Positions 15,233 to 24,560 of a DNA stretch of 64,000 nt are shown here, in pieces. Location of the stretch: the IMG/VR virus record IMGVR_UViG_3300017912_004409, positions 10,719 to 74,718 of that record. The stretch is one strand, 5' to 3'. The notes beneath the pieces were generated by a model that worked only from the letters and a program-made list of their open reading frames with translations, ran no database searches and was not told where the DNA came from. The number at the start of each line of letters is the position of its first letter. Positions within the stretch are counted from its first letter, which is position 1. The position numbers were made by a program, and so were the translations under genes. This DNA is from a virus (lineage: Duplodnaviria > Caudoviricetes).

Positions 15233-15353
15233 ATGGATCTACTTTATCTTTTACAATTGAACATGCTCTTTCATAAAAGAAAGAATTAGTTTTGCCTGCT
15301 TCTTTCAATGCGTTTTTTATCTTCTTCCAGTTTTCGTACGTGATTTGATCCAT
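15177..15353 (-). CDS. small hypothetical protein
   Basis: MDQITYENWKKIKNALKEAGKTNSFFYERA...; ATG 15353 in track ORF 15177..15416. Confidence 0.55.
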   Translation of the reverse strand: MDQITYENWKKIKNALKEAGKTNSFFYERACSIVKDKVDPFDNAFSKRKDREDKEETS

Positions 15354-16017
15354 CTTCTTGTGGTGTCCTCCAAAAGTAATCATCAGTTTGTCCAAGCCGA
15401 CCCCATTTTGGGGCATGCTCTACATTAAAATAGCGCGTTGAAACTTTAAAGTCTGGTGTTTTTAATTCATCATTAGTTAATGATGGATCAACCATCCGAC
15501 ATCTGTTGTTTGGATATGCTCCGATCTGACCATTTTCAAGCTCAACAATGTTGTGAGACTTATGTTCGTCAGGTGTTTCAGAAAAATAATAATCAGCCTC
15601 ATTACGATGAGGGTGATAGTTATCGATAGTAAATAAGTAAGAGCCTTTCATGTTGCCAGACTCTCTTGTCATTACCTCAAACTCCATATTAAAAATCAAA
15701 TTCTTTTCTACCACCGTAATTCCTGTATCAAAACCATTCCAGAACTGTAAGTCTGTCAAAGGTAAATCAGGAGTAGGAGCCACGGGACTATCGGGACTAT
15801 CGCTATCCCAAGAAAGAAAAGCACTAATAGGAAGTTTGTCATACAAAGCACCATACTCTGTTAAGTATGTTTCAAAATAAAGTGCGCGTCCACTGATGGA
15901 TTTACATGTTACCCAATAGCCAGGGGTATATTCTCCATGGCCATCGCGCAAGTCACGTAAATATTCACGTCGCACCCAAACTTTAACAGGAGGAATGTTT
16001 GCTACTAGAGTTGTCAT
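15286..16017 (-). CDS. conserved phage protein of unknown function
   Basis: LVANIPPVKVWVRREYL...YGALYDKLPISAF...PNNRCR, a sequence type I recall from aquatic phages. Confidence 0.75.
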   Translation of the reverse strand: MTTLVANIPPVKVWVRREYLRDLRDGHGEYTPGYWVTCKSISGRALYFETYLTEYGALYDKLPISAFLSWDSDSPDSPVAPTPDLPLTDLQFWNGFDTGITVVEKNLIFNMEFEVMTRESGNMKGSYLFTIDNYHPHRNEADYYFSETPDEHKSHNIVELENGQIGAYPNNRCRMVDPSLTNDELKTPDFKVSTRYFNVEHAPKWGRLGQTDDYFWRTPQEDGSNHVRKLEEDKKRIERSRQN

Positions 16018-16022
16018 TGTTA

Positions 16023-16217
16023 TTAAATGTTTGGTTTAATGTCGTTTAATTTACCCATGAATTCATCAATTGTTTCTAAAGCGTCTAGCTTTAAAAGAAT
16101 TTCTGATAAACCTTGAATAACAACAGGATGTTCATTTCTTGATGCAAAAGCCAATGCATTTCTAAGTTGTGAAGCTGCCTCTTGGATTGATTCTTTTACT
16201 TGTGATGATAGAGCCAT
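16023..16217 (-). CDS. hypothetical helical protein
   Basis: Track ORF 16023..16286; ATG 16217 preferred. Confidence 0.6.
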   Translation of the reverse strand: MALSSQVKESIQEAASQLRNALAFASRNEHPVVIQGLSEILLKLDALETIDEFMGKLNDIKPNI

Positions 16218-16282
16218 TTCAGATTCTTTGGGTTGACGAAAGATGGGAATTAATTTGATAAACATAAAATTTTTAGTTATTT

Positions 16283-16918
16283 TCAAACTTTACGAACAAC
16301 TAAAATTAAATCGTCATATCGACCAGTTGTTTCTCTAACATCATAAACTTCAATAACACCTACGTACTTGTTTTTATATTCTTCGGGTACACTTTCTTTT
16401 AACATTTCTAAGACATCAGTGCTTTCAATGTCTTCAATAATTAATATTCCATCATCTTCTAATAATTCTAAATAATTTTCTATTGTCCATTTTTGACTAT
16501 CTGGCGTATGTGGACCATCGTCAATGATTACATCAAACTTTCCCCAGTCTTCTTTTAAACTTTCTTTGCATTCATCTGTATATGCATCTCTGTTGTAAAA
16601 CAAATAACGGTCTCTATCTTTATTAAAGATATCAATAATATTTTTTCCAAAAGTAATAACGGGATCTACTAAAGCAAGTTGAAAATTCGGAAGATATTCC
16701 CACCACAACAAAGATGAACCACCATGGCGAACACCAATTTCTAAAAGAGTTCCGTATCTTCTATCTTTAAAAGGTTTTAATAAATGTTCATAAATACCCG
16801 TGTAATTATGAACGGTTGCTTTATCTGTACCTCCTTGAAGATCATATCCATTTACTTTATGCTTATCTAAGATTTTAACTAGGGTTTTAGATGGGGATTT
16901 CCAGGGGGGATTAGTCAT
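16283..16918 (-). CDS. class I SAM-dependent methyltransferase (sugar O-methyltransferase-like)
   Basis: DK..HNY...Y...LLEIGVRHGGS...FDVIIDDGPH...ILIIED. Confidence 0.8.
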   Translation of the reverse strand: MTNPPWKSPSKTLVKILDKHKVNGYDLQGGTDKATVHNYTGIYEHLLKPFKDRRYGTLLEIGVRHGGSSLLWWEYLPNFQLALVDPVITFGKNIIDIFNKDRDRYLFYNRDAYTDECKESLKEDWGKFDVIIDDGPHTPDSQKWTIENYLELLEDDGILIIEDIESTDVLEMLKESVPEEYKNKYVGVIEVYDVRETTGRYDDLILVVRKV

Positions 16919-16919
16919 C

Positions 16920-17663
16920 TTAGATCCAGCGTTGTTTTTCACTTCTTTCAGGACTGTACTTCCAATAGTCTAAAGGCAATTCTGAATTATTAAAGGGCCT
17001 TTTGTATTTTTCATTGCCAGGAAGACCTCCCCATTTTTCAACATAGTATTTTCCATTAGATGCAAATGTTTCTTTGTTTTTTAATTGGAAACTTACATCT
17101 CTTTTTAAAGTACTGCTAACAGCATGATTGTAAGTTAAAGGGAAATTTTCCCATTCTAAATTTGCCATTCTCATTCGATGGCGATGATCATTATCTTCAT
17201 AATATCCAGGGAAAAAGTTTTCATCAAAAGTTCCTACTTTATTAATTATTTCAGGCGTAAGCACCATGCAAGAATAAGCGTTTTGAGTTTCATCGCATAA
17301 AATTCCTGTAAATGATTTTTCTAAACGTTCTGCTAATTTTTCTAATTGATTTTTTCTAGGATGCCAATCGCATCCCATAATAATCCAATAGGGTACATCA
17401 GTATTTTGTTGAACAATTTGATTGCAGCTACCAGCAAAACCTACATTCATACGATTTTTTACCACAAATATTTCTTTGATGTTTTCATTACTAAGTCCTG
17501 TGGTGATTTGAGAAATAGTATTTTGAACAGAATAATCTTTACCCATTGAATTATCCAATATAAAATAACGATTAACTGGATAATCAATTGCATGATATTG
17601 TTTAAGTAAATCTTTGCCTCCATTGAGGATCATGGTGGCAATTATCTCAATGGGTTTTGACAT
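16920..17663 (-). CDS. glycosyltransferase family 2
   Basis: ILDNS...NVGFAGSCNQI...KVGTFDENFFPGYYEDNDH. Confidence 0.8.
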   Translation of the reverse strand: MSKPIEIIATMILNGGKDLLKQYHAIDYPVNRYFILDNSMGKDYSVQNTISQITTGLSNENIKEIFVVKNRMNVGFAGSCNQIVQQNTDVPYWIIMGCDWHPRKNQLEKLAERLEKSFTGILCDETQNAYSCMVLTPEIINKVGTFDENFFPGYYEDNDHRHRMRMANLEWENFPLTYNHAVSSTLKRDVSFQLKNKETFASNGKYYVEKWGGLPGNEKYKRPFNNSELPLDYWKYSPERSEKQRWI

Positions 17664-17687
17664 TTTAAAATTTTTTCTAACGTTAGC

Positions 17688-17834
17688 TCATAAATCTATC
17701 CGAAGATAGTCTTCTTTTCGTTCTTTAAGTTTTGCTTCATATTCATCGGCTTCGCATTTGTCAACGTCTTGAACGTAGCCGTCACATTCTTCTTCATCTA
17801 TACAAACATAAAAACGAGACACATCACAACTCAT
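17688..17834 (-). CDS. small acidic Cys-containing protein (48 aa)
   Basis: Hand-translated MSCDVSRFYVCIDEEECDGYVQDVDKCEADEYEAKLKERKEDYLRIDL; not in track. Confidence 0.5.
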   Translation of the reverse strand: MSCDVSRFYVCIDEEECDGYVQDVDKCEADEYEAKLKERKEDYLRIDL

Positions 17835-17883
17835 TGCAAAAAAAATTTAATGCTCTATAGTTATTTTAAATTGTGTAATTACA

Positions 17884-18717
17884 ATGCAATTAAAAAATAA
17901 TGAAGAGCTGACAAACAATATTATTGATTATTCGGAATTAAATTCTCTACCTTCTCGAATCCAGATCAATGGAAAAAGGCATTATAATACGCCTTTTTAT
18001 ACAGGACCTGCTCCTTCTGTAACAACAATCTTATCTGAAACTACAAGTGAAAAAAACAAAAAGAAATTGGAGATGTGGTCTAAGGCTAATCCAGGGGTAA
18101 AAGAAGAGGCAGCTCATCGTGGAACATATATCCATGCTGGTATGGAGCATTATCTTAAAAAAGAGCCTTATACCATCCCCGAAGAATATCAAAGTTTTTG
18201 GCAGGGCATGCCTAACATACTTGACCAGTTTGAAAAAGTTATTTGGGCAGAAACACCTTTTCTTGAAGAGCATCAATTTGCTTTAGCGTCTGATGGGGTA
18301 GGACGTGTTTGGGGTAAGGATAAAGAAGACAGGGCCTGGGCGGGCTCTCCTGACTTGATTGGTTATGTTAACAATAAACTAACACTTGCTGATTTAAAAA
18401 CTAGCGTCAAACCTTATTCAAGGTACTGGCCCAAGAATCATGAAAAAGGTTCCAAAGAATGGAGAGATCTTCTTGGTGGGTATATGAAATTCAAAAAAAC
18501 ATTAAAACAATTAGCTGCTTATGATATTGGCATAGAACAAACTTTAAATATGCAAGTAGAACAAGCTGCTATTTTGGTTTCTACTCCTGAAAAAACTCAA
18601 GTTTTTAAAATCTCTAGAAATTATTTAAATATCTTAAGAGAGGATTGGTTCAAAATTGTTAAAGAATATTATAGTCAAATCGAAAGATGTGTGATGCACG
18701 AAGAAGATTTGATTTAA
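17884..18717 (+). CDS. PD-(D/E)XK exonuclease (Cas4/MGME1-like phage exonuclease)
   Basis: PSVTTIL...RGTYIH...E...GSPDLIG...LADLKTS...QLAAY. Confidence 0.85.
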   Translation: MQLKNNEELTNNIIDYSELNSLPSRIQINGKRHYNTPFYTGPAPSVTTILSETTSEKNKKKLEMWSKANPGVKEEAAHRGTYIHAGMEHYLKKEPYTIPEEYQSFWQGMPNILDQFEKVIWAETPFLEEHQFALASDGVGRVWGKDKEDRAWAGSPDLIGYVNNKLTLADLKTSVKPYSRYWPKNHEKGSKEWRDLLGGYMKFKKTLKQLAAYDIGIEQTLNMQVEQAAILVSTPEKTQVFKISRNYLNILREDWFKIVKEYYSQIERCVMHEEDLI

Positions 18718-18736
18718 AATAAAAAACAAAACAAAA

Positions 18737-19018
18737 ATGTTGTTAAAAACTTTTCTTCCCCAATTGATTGATGAAATTATTAAATGGATAAAAAAATGGT
18801 GGTTTGAAACAAAACTCACTGCTCGTTTAAATCAATTAGAGGCTGAGGCTAAAGCTCAATATAATAAAGAGTTAAAATATTTTTATACCCCTGAGTTTAC
18901 AGAATATAAAATTAATACTCAAATTCAGACTGGCGAGTCTCAAAAATTAGGCGGGATGATGCAGCTCTCAGCTAAATGGCATAAAAATAAAGACAAGTCG
19001 ACAGGTAACTCAAATTAA
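18737..19018 (+). CDS. hypothetical protein
   Basis: Track ORF. Confidence 0.55.
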   Translation: MLLKTFLPQLIDEIIKWIKKWWFETKLTARLNQLEAEAKAQYNKELKYFYTPEFTEYKINTQIQTGESQKLGGMMQLSAKWHKNKDKSTGNSN

Positions 19019-19056
19019 CTCAAGCACTGTAAAATATTATTTGATGCACTCGTTTA

Positions 19057-19239
19057 ATGAATCTAAATGTTTCAAGCGGGCAGTGGATCACTTTTTTCAA
19101 ACAGCAAATGCAATCCTATCCTAATTTTCCAATTTGTTTTATAGTTCCTTCCTGTGCCCATGTTCATGCTTTTTTAATTGCTCAACAATCTTTTCCTGAA
19201 AACAATTTTACTTTTAAACTAAAACAACAGGCAAACTAA
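19057..19239 (+). CDS. hypothetical protein
   Basis: Track ORF ending 1 nt before the primase start. Confidence 0.45.
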   Translation: MNLNVSSGQWITFFKQQMQSYPNFPICFIVPSCAHVHAFLIAQQSFPENNFTFKLKQQAN

Positions 19240-19240
19240 C

Positions 19241-21844
19241 ATGAACACGAACCAAAAAAGTCTTAGGCCAGGGGACATCTGTTTAGACTATATCCCTATT
19301 GACTGGCCTTTAACTCCTTTAGGAAGCGAAAAAAATCCCTATACATTTGGATGGCAAAATAAACGGTTTACTCCTAATGAAATCAGAAAAGAATTAGAAA
19401 AAGGACAATGTAAAGCCGTTGGTTTACTTAGTGGCCCTGTCTACAACCAACCATACGGATTGGTTTGGGTCGATTTAGATGGTGAAAGTGTTATTGATTT
19501 AATAATTAATTTGTCTGGCGTTGATCCGGCTGAAGCTTTACCTTCTACTCTTACAATTCAAAGCGGTAAACCTGGCAGAGCGCGTAAATTATATAAGCTG
19601 GCAAAAAAACATTGGAATTGTTTTGCTCGTAATAAATACATATGGCATACAGATGTTAATCGTGAACAATTAGAAGTTCTATGGTCAAAGCATCAAGGTG
19701 CCTTAATGGGTGCTCACCCTGAAACAGAAGGTTATTTTACTTCTGAAAACTCTGGTTTTGAATGGGCTGACAATCTTCCTGATCTTCCTACTTGGATTTT
19801 AGATGAAATAATTAAAAAGAATATGCGCAATGGTAAACCAGCTGCAGAATATAGCAGATTTGTTGGTCCTGGATTTGCAATAAATACTTCAATATCTTTA
19901 GAGCGAGATATCAAGGTTGCAATTGAAGCTATAAATCAAATGCCCATCGAGGCTGCTGATGACTATGATATATGGATTACTGTTGGTCAAAGTTTACATT
20001 CTTTAGATGAATCATTGTTAGATGCTTGGGATGACTGGTCTAAAAAATCAGATAAATATAAAGAAGGAGAATGCCACAAAAGATGGAAATCTTTTTCAAA
20101 AGGAGGAGGAAGAGGCATTGGTAGTTTATTTCATTTAGCTCAAGAGTATGGCTGGAAACCTAGCCAGGAACACAAATACACTGGACCTAATGATCAAATG
20201 TTAGAAGAATTTGAATCAATCTTAAAAGAAATTTCAAATCAATCCCCTGAAGAAATTGCCAAACATGCAGCTTCTACTGAAAAAACAGTAGAAAAAGAAT
20301 CAAAAAAACAACGCAATCTTTCTTCTAATATTATTGTTGATTTACTTTTAAAAGAGTATTACAAAGATAATCTTTTGTTTAACCAAATAACAGGTCAATT
20401 TTATCAATACAATCGTGTTCATCCTGGTTTGTGGTCTCCAATGACACGCCTGGAAATGCTTGGTGATATTCGTTTAAAACTTCAACTACCTGCATTAAAA
20501 GAAATAATGCCAAATGGGTATACTTCTAATTTAATGAATGATTTATTTGCTCAATTACAAGCTATATTGGCTTTCGACAATTGGTATCAAGGTAATAATT
20601 ATCTTTTGTTTTCTAATGGAGTTTTAAGCATTGAAGAAAAAGAATTAATTGACTTTGATAAAAAACTTTTTCTTACTCAACGTATGCCTTATGCTTATGA
20701 TCCAGAGGCAAACTGTGATCAAATTATTGACTGGCTTAAATACACCCAAAGGAATGATTGGGATCGCGTACAAGTCCTCAGAGCATGGCTTAGAGCTGTA
20801 TTATTAAGTGCTTATGATATGCAAAAGTTTGTTGAAATCATTGGCCCTGGTAAATCTGGTAAATCAACTTATGCAAATTTATGTGTTGCATTAGTTGGTA
20901 AAAGCAATTCATATAGTACAGATTTTGCTAATCTTGAAACAAATAGATTTGAAACTATTGCTTTTATGAATAAAAAACTTCTATTATTCCAAGATATGGA
21001 TCGTTGGGGTGGTAGTGTTTCTAAACTAAAAGCAATTACAGGTGGTGACTGGATTCGTGTAGAACGTAAGTTTCAAGCAGAAAATCCTGAACCTTTTCAG
21101 TTTCATGGCTTAGTAATGATTACAGCCAACGAAGCAATTCAATCAACTGACTATACTTCTGGTTTAGCCCGTAGACGTTTAACAATTCCATTCGACAGAC
21201 CTTTCCAAGGTAATTTTAAACAGCAACGTGAGCTTATAAAATTTGATACACAAGGTAATCCGCGAGGTGAATTTGCATCTTTATTGCCAGGACTTGTTAA
21301 TTGGTTGTTGGAAATGAGTACTGATGAAATGCGAGCCTATTTAATGGAAACAGGTAATAAAGTTAAATTTTTTAAAGAGTACGAAAAAATACAAAGCTTA
21401 CGTTCCAGTCCTTTGCTTGACTGGATGGAACACAAGATTGTTTTTGCACCTGGTGAAAAATGTTCTATTGGTTTTGCTAAGCCTGCCCCTCCAGGGGGTA
21501 GTGGATCTTATGTCAATTGGGATAAATGGTTATATGCAAGTTATTGTGAATTTTGTAAAACATCTAATGTAAACATAATGTCTCGAAATCGTTTTGAGCC
21601 ATTGTTTTTTGATATCTGTAAACACCAACTTAAATTAAATATATTCCATGTACGTAATTCAAGAGGTCTATTAGTATTTAATGTTGCTATTAGAGATAGT
21701 GGTCCGGGTGTTTCAAAATACCCATCTATTGTTGAAGTATCTACTGATAAAGAAAAATTTAAAGAGTTTTATGGTAATGAGATAGAAGATTCAAACGAAA
21801 CAACAACAAACAAAAAAGAATGGGAAAATAAAGAATTGTTTTAA
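19241..21844 (+). CDS. primase-helicase (Prim-Pol, PriCT-2, D5/P4-type SF3 helicase)
   Basis: WPLTPL...VGLLSG...VWVDLDG; YDIWITVGQSLH...WDDWS...Y...C..RWKSF (PriCT-2); Walker A GPGKSGKST; KLKAITGGD; ITAN. Confidence 0.9.
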   Translation: MNTNQKSLRPGDICLDYIPIDWPLTPLGSEKNPYTFGWQNKRFTPNEIRKELEKGQCKAVGLLSGPVYNQPYGLVWVDLDGESVIDLIINLSGVDPAEALPSTLTIQSGKPGRARKLYKLAKKHWNCFARNKYIWHTDVNREQLEVLWSKHQGALMGAHPETEGYFTSENSGFEWADNLPDLPTWILDEIIKKNMRNGKPAAEYSRFVGPGFAINTSISLERDIKVAIEAINQMPIEAADDYDIWITVGQSLHSLDESLLDAWDDWSKKSDKYKEGECHKRWKSFSKGGGRGIGSLFHLAQEYGWKPSQEHKYTGPNDQMLEEFESILKEISNQSPEEIAKHAASTEKTVEKESKKQRNLSSNIIVDLLLKEYYKDNLLFNQITGQFYQYNRVHPGLWSPMTRLEMLGDIRLKLQLPALKEIMPNGYTSNLMNDLFAQLQAILAFDNWYQGNNYLLFSNGVLSIEEKELIDFDKKLFLTQRMPYAYDPEANCDQIIDWLKYTQRNDWDRVQVLRAWLRAVLLSAYDMQKFVEIIGPGKSGKSTYANLCVALVGKSNSYSTDFANLETNRFETIAFMNKKLLLFQDMDRWGGSVSKLKAITGGDWIRVERKFQAENPEPFQFHGLVMITANEAIQSTDYTSGLARRRLTIPFDRPFQGNFKQQRELIKFDTQGNPRGEFASLLPGLVNWLLEMSTDEMRAYLMETGNKVKFFKEYEKIQSLRSSPLLDWMEHKIVFAPGEKCSIGFAKPAPPGGSGSYVNWDKWLYASYCEFCKTSNVNIMSRNRFEPLFFDICKHQLKLNIFHVRNSRGLLVFNVAIRDSGPGVSKYPSIVEVSTDKEKFKEFYGNEIEDSNETTTNKKEWENKELF

Positions 21845-21847
21845 TGG

Positions 21848-22144
21848 TTACCACTTCACCTTGTGGGACCAATACCGTGCTGAAAATTTATCTGGTTTAG
21901 CATCTTGTGCATTATGTCTAGCATAATATGATTTTCTTCTAGCTTTGTCTTTGGCTGTTTTAGGATTTTTACCAGCTCCTTTAACACCCTGTTGGCCAAA
22001 ACGAATAATTTTTTCTTTGCCATCCTTGCAGGCTTTAACAACATGCGATTTAGTAGGATGTTTAGGTGTACGCCGTGGCTTATCACATGCCATCTTATCT
22101 TTAGCTAATTTCGCAGCACTTGCTGCTTTTTTATGTTTACTCAC
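21848..22144 (-). CDS. small very basic protein
   Basis: KPRRTP.HPTKSHVV...KIIRFGQQG...ARRKSYYARH...ARYWS; Lys/Arg-rich type I recall from aquatic phages. Confidence 0.7.
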   Translation of the reverse strand: MSKHKKAASAAKLAKDKMACDKPRRTPKHPTKSHVVKACKDGKEKIIRFGQQGVKGAGKNPKTAKDKARRKSYYARHNAQDAKPDKFSARYWSHKVKW

Positions 22145-22281
22145 TTAACCGAAGGAAAAATTTTCTTTAAAGCCTCAATAATAACCTGAGCAATCCCATT
22201 TCCTTTTAAAGGGGTGTAAGGAAGAATCTCAGAAATAGCTGCAATTGCAACAGCAATGATAGCGGCAGTTGAAGGATCCAT
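22141..22281 (-). CDS. small membrane protein, holin-like (46 aa)
   Basis: Hand-translated MDPSTAAIIAVAIAAISEILPYTPFKGNGIAQVIIEALKKIFPSVK; stop overlaps the next GTG. Confidence 0.55.
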   Translation of the reverse strand: MDPSTAAIIAVAIAAISEILPYTPLKGNGIAQVIIEALKKIFPSVK

Positions 22282-22358
22282 GAATTACATATTTAACTTC
22301 CAAAATTATAGCAATAGGTAAATATTTATGCTAATTTCTATACAGTGAATAACCACAC

Positions 22359-23621
22359 ATGTCTGATAAAAAACCCAAATTACTGTGGCTTGGCGATATT
22401 ATTGCTACTACAGGATTTGCTCGCGTTACTGAAAATGTGCTTGAGAGAATTTGTGATGACTGGGAAGTAGTTGTTTTAGGAAATAACTATTGGGGTGATC
22501 CTCATCCACTTCAAGCAAAATATAAAATCTATCCTTCAAGCAACCGTTTTCAAACTTCACCTTTTGGTGAACAACGTATTAGAGAAGTTGTTGAACGAGA
22601 ACGACCTGATATCGTTTTTTCAATGAATGATATCTGGATTATTAACGAACAATATCGGCAAATCGCTGATCTTCATAAACAAGATCTATTTAAATTCATT
22701 GGTTACTATCCCATGGATTCTTATGGGTGGACCGGTTGTATTGCAGACACCGCAAATGAATGGGATGAAGTTATTTGTTATACCGATTTTGGCGTAGAAG
22801 AAAGTAAGCGAGGAGGCATTACAAATAACAATATTCATTCAATTCCTCATGGAATTAACATGGGACAATTTTATCCTATGGATAAAAAAACTTGTAGAGA
22901 AAAACTTGGTTTACCTTTTGATGATCTGTTTATTGTTTTTAATGGTAATAGAAATCAATTTAGAAAACGTATTGATTTAACTATTACTACATTTGCAAAA
23001 TTTTGTGTAGACAAACCAGATACTAAACTTTATCTGCATATGGGCTTAAAAGATCAAGGGTGGGATATCATGCCTTTATTCCATAGAGAAATGCTTAAAT
23101 ATGGAGTAGATCCAAATAATAGAATTATCTTGACGGGCAATAGTGGTGGGGCTCCTGCCGTTCCTGTTGAGCTTTTAAATATCATCTATAATGCCTGTGA
23201 CGTTGGCATTAACACCTGTAAGGGCGAGGGCCATGGCTTGGTTAACCATGAGCATGCTGCTTGTCGCGTGGCTCAGGTGGTTCCTGATCACACCTCATGT
23301 AAGGAGATTTTTCAAGATGCTGCTCCCCTCATCGAATGTTATTCAACGGATGTGGATATTAATTATTCCAGAGAACTCCCCATTCCTGACGTTGATTACG
23401 CAGTTAAAATCCTTAATAATTTATATTACGACCGGGATTACCTTAATGAAGTAGCAGAAAAATGCTATGACAGAGCCACTTCAGAACGATATGACTGGGA
23501 TTATATTGCCCCTAAATTTAATGAACTCTTTAAAAATGCAATCAAAAAACCTGCTATAAACCTTGCATCTCTCGAGAAAAAAAATAATATTAAATTTAAA
23601 AAAACAAAGGCAAAAAAATAA
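22359..23621 (+). CDS. glycosyltransferase family 4 (GT-B)
   Basis: TGFARV...IPHG...NRNQFRKRIDL...LNIIYNACDVG...EGHGL...EHAAC. Confidence 0.85.
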   Translation: MSDKKPKLLWLGDIIATTGFARVTENVLERICDDWEVVVLGNNYWGDPHPLQAKYKIYPSSNRFQTSPFGEQRIREVVERERPDIVFSMNDIWIINEQYRQIADLHKQDLFKFIGYYPMDSYGWTGCIADTANEWDEVICYTDFGVEESKRGGITNNNIHSIPHGINMGQFYPMDKKTCREKLGLPFDDLFIVFNGNRNQFRKRIDLTITTFAKFCVDKPDTKLYLHMGLKDQGWDIMPLFHREMLKYGVDPNNRIILTGNSGGAPAVPVELLNIIYNACDVGINTCKGEGHGLVNHEHAACRVAQVVPDHTSCKEIFQDAAPLIECYSTDVDINYSRELPIPDVDYAVKILNNLYYDRDYLNEVAEKCYDRATSERYDWDYIAPKFNELFKNAIKKPAINLASLEKKNNIKFKKTKAKK

Positions 23622-23652
23622 AAACCTATTAATATAGCTGCGGAGACACGTT

Positions 23653-23680
23653 AAGGGGGCACTTCGGTGCTCCCTTTTTT
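23653..23680 (+). terminator. intrinsic terminator with cUUCGg tetraloop
   Basis: AAGGGGGCAC-TTCG-GTGCTCCCTT followed by TTTT. Confidence 0.85.
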
Positions 23681-23888
23681 TATCACCATAACCGGAATTG
23701 CTGTGGGACTAGTTTGCCGGTGCAGAGACTCAGACTTTTAGCCATTTTATTTTTTAGATCGCGTAACCTATAAAATGTAAAAAGCTTAGGCAACAAAAAT
23801 CTTAATCATTTTACTAAACTTTTAACAAAGTTGCGGTTAGCTCTTATAAAGAATAAAATAAGCTCAAGTCTGCAAGTCTGCATTTGCG

Positions 23889-24533
23889 ATGGCTAACATC
23901 CATGCCAATCCCAACTTCAAACGCTATAACACGGTTGTGTTGCCATCTGAGACTCAATTTAGATATATAAAAAGTATAGATTCTTTAACGGATGAAGAAC
24001 TAAATGATCATGGGTTTTACCACGGCTACACATGTGCTTATGGTCATACAATTCGAGATCAAATTAACCATTGGTGTTATCACTGTGTTGTAAAAATTAT
24101 CTCTAACAATTGTGGTTTCGATATTAACTTTTTACATCAACTTTATAAACTTAAATATTTTAAATTATGGGGTCAAGTTAATATAAAAAATTGGGACGAA
24201 TGCTGGGAAGCACCTAATAAAATGGTAACTTTTCCTTCTTACCGCTCTATGTATTCAAAAAAGAAAACTGAAAATGTTTCATTTCATAAAGCAATCTATC
24301 AATGTGCATGGGGAGATATTGGTAAAGGTTATGTAACTAGGTCCTGTGGAAATAAAAATTGTGTTAATCCTTTGCATTTAGTTTCTACTTGGAATAGAGC
24401 TGTTCCACCTCAAACAGTTTATCCATTTGAACTTGAATTTAAAGCAGATAAATTAATGAAAATGGCTACTAAAGCTAAAAATCATTTTGTTCGTCCCACC
24501 ATTTCTTACCCACAAGATGTATTAAATGAATAA
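23889..24533 (+). CDS. HNH-derived Zn-binding protein (degenerate)
   Basis: HKAIY...TRSCGNKNCVNPLHL resembles HNH_3 (HxCDNxxCVNPxHL) but lacks the first His; N-terminal C..GH...CxxC. Confidence 0.5.
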   Translation: MANIHANPNFKRYNTVVLPSETQFRYIKSIDSLTDEELNDHGFYHGYTCAYGHTIRDQINHWCYHCVVKIISNNCGFDINFLHQLYKLKYFKLWGQVNIKNWDECWEAPNKMVTFPSYRSMYSKKKTENVSFHKAIYQCAWGDIGKGYVTRSCGNKNCVNPLHLVSTWNRAVPPQTVYPFELEFKADKLMKMATKAKNHFVRPTISYPQDVLNE

Positions 24534-24560
24534 GAAGTAAAATAAATAAAAAGCTTAAAT

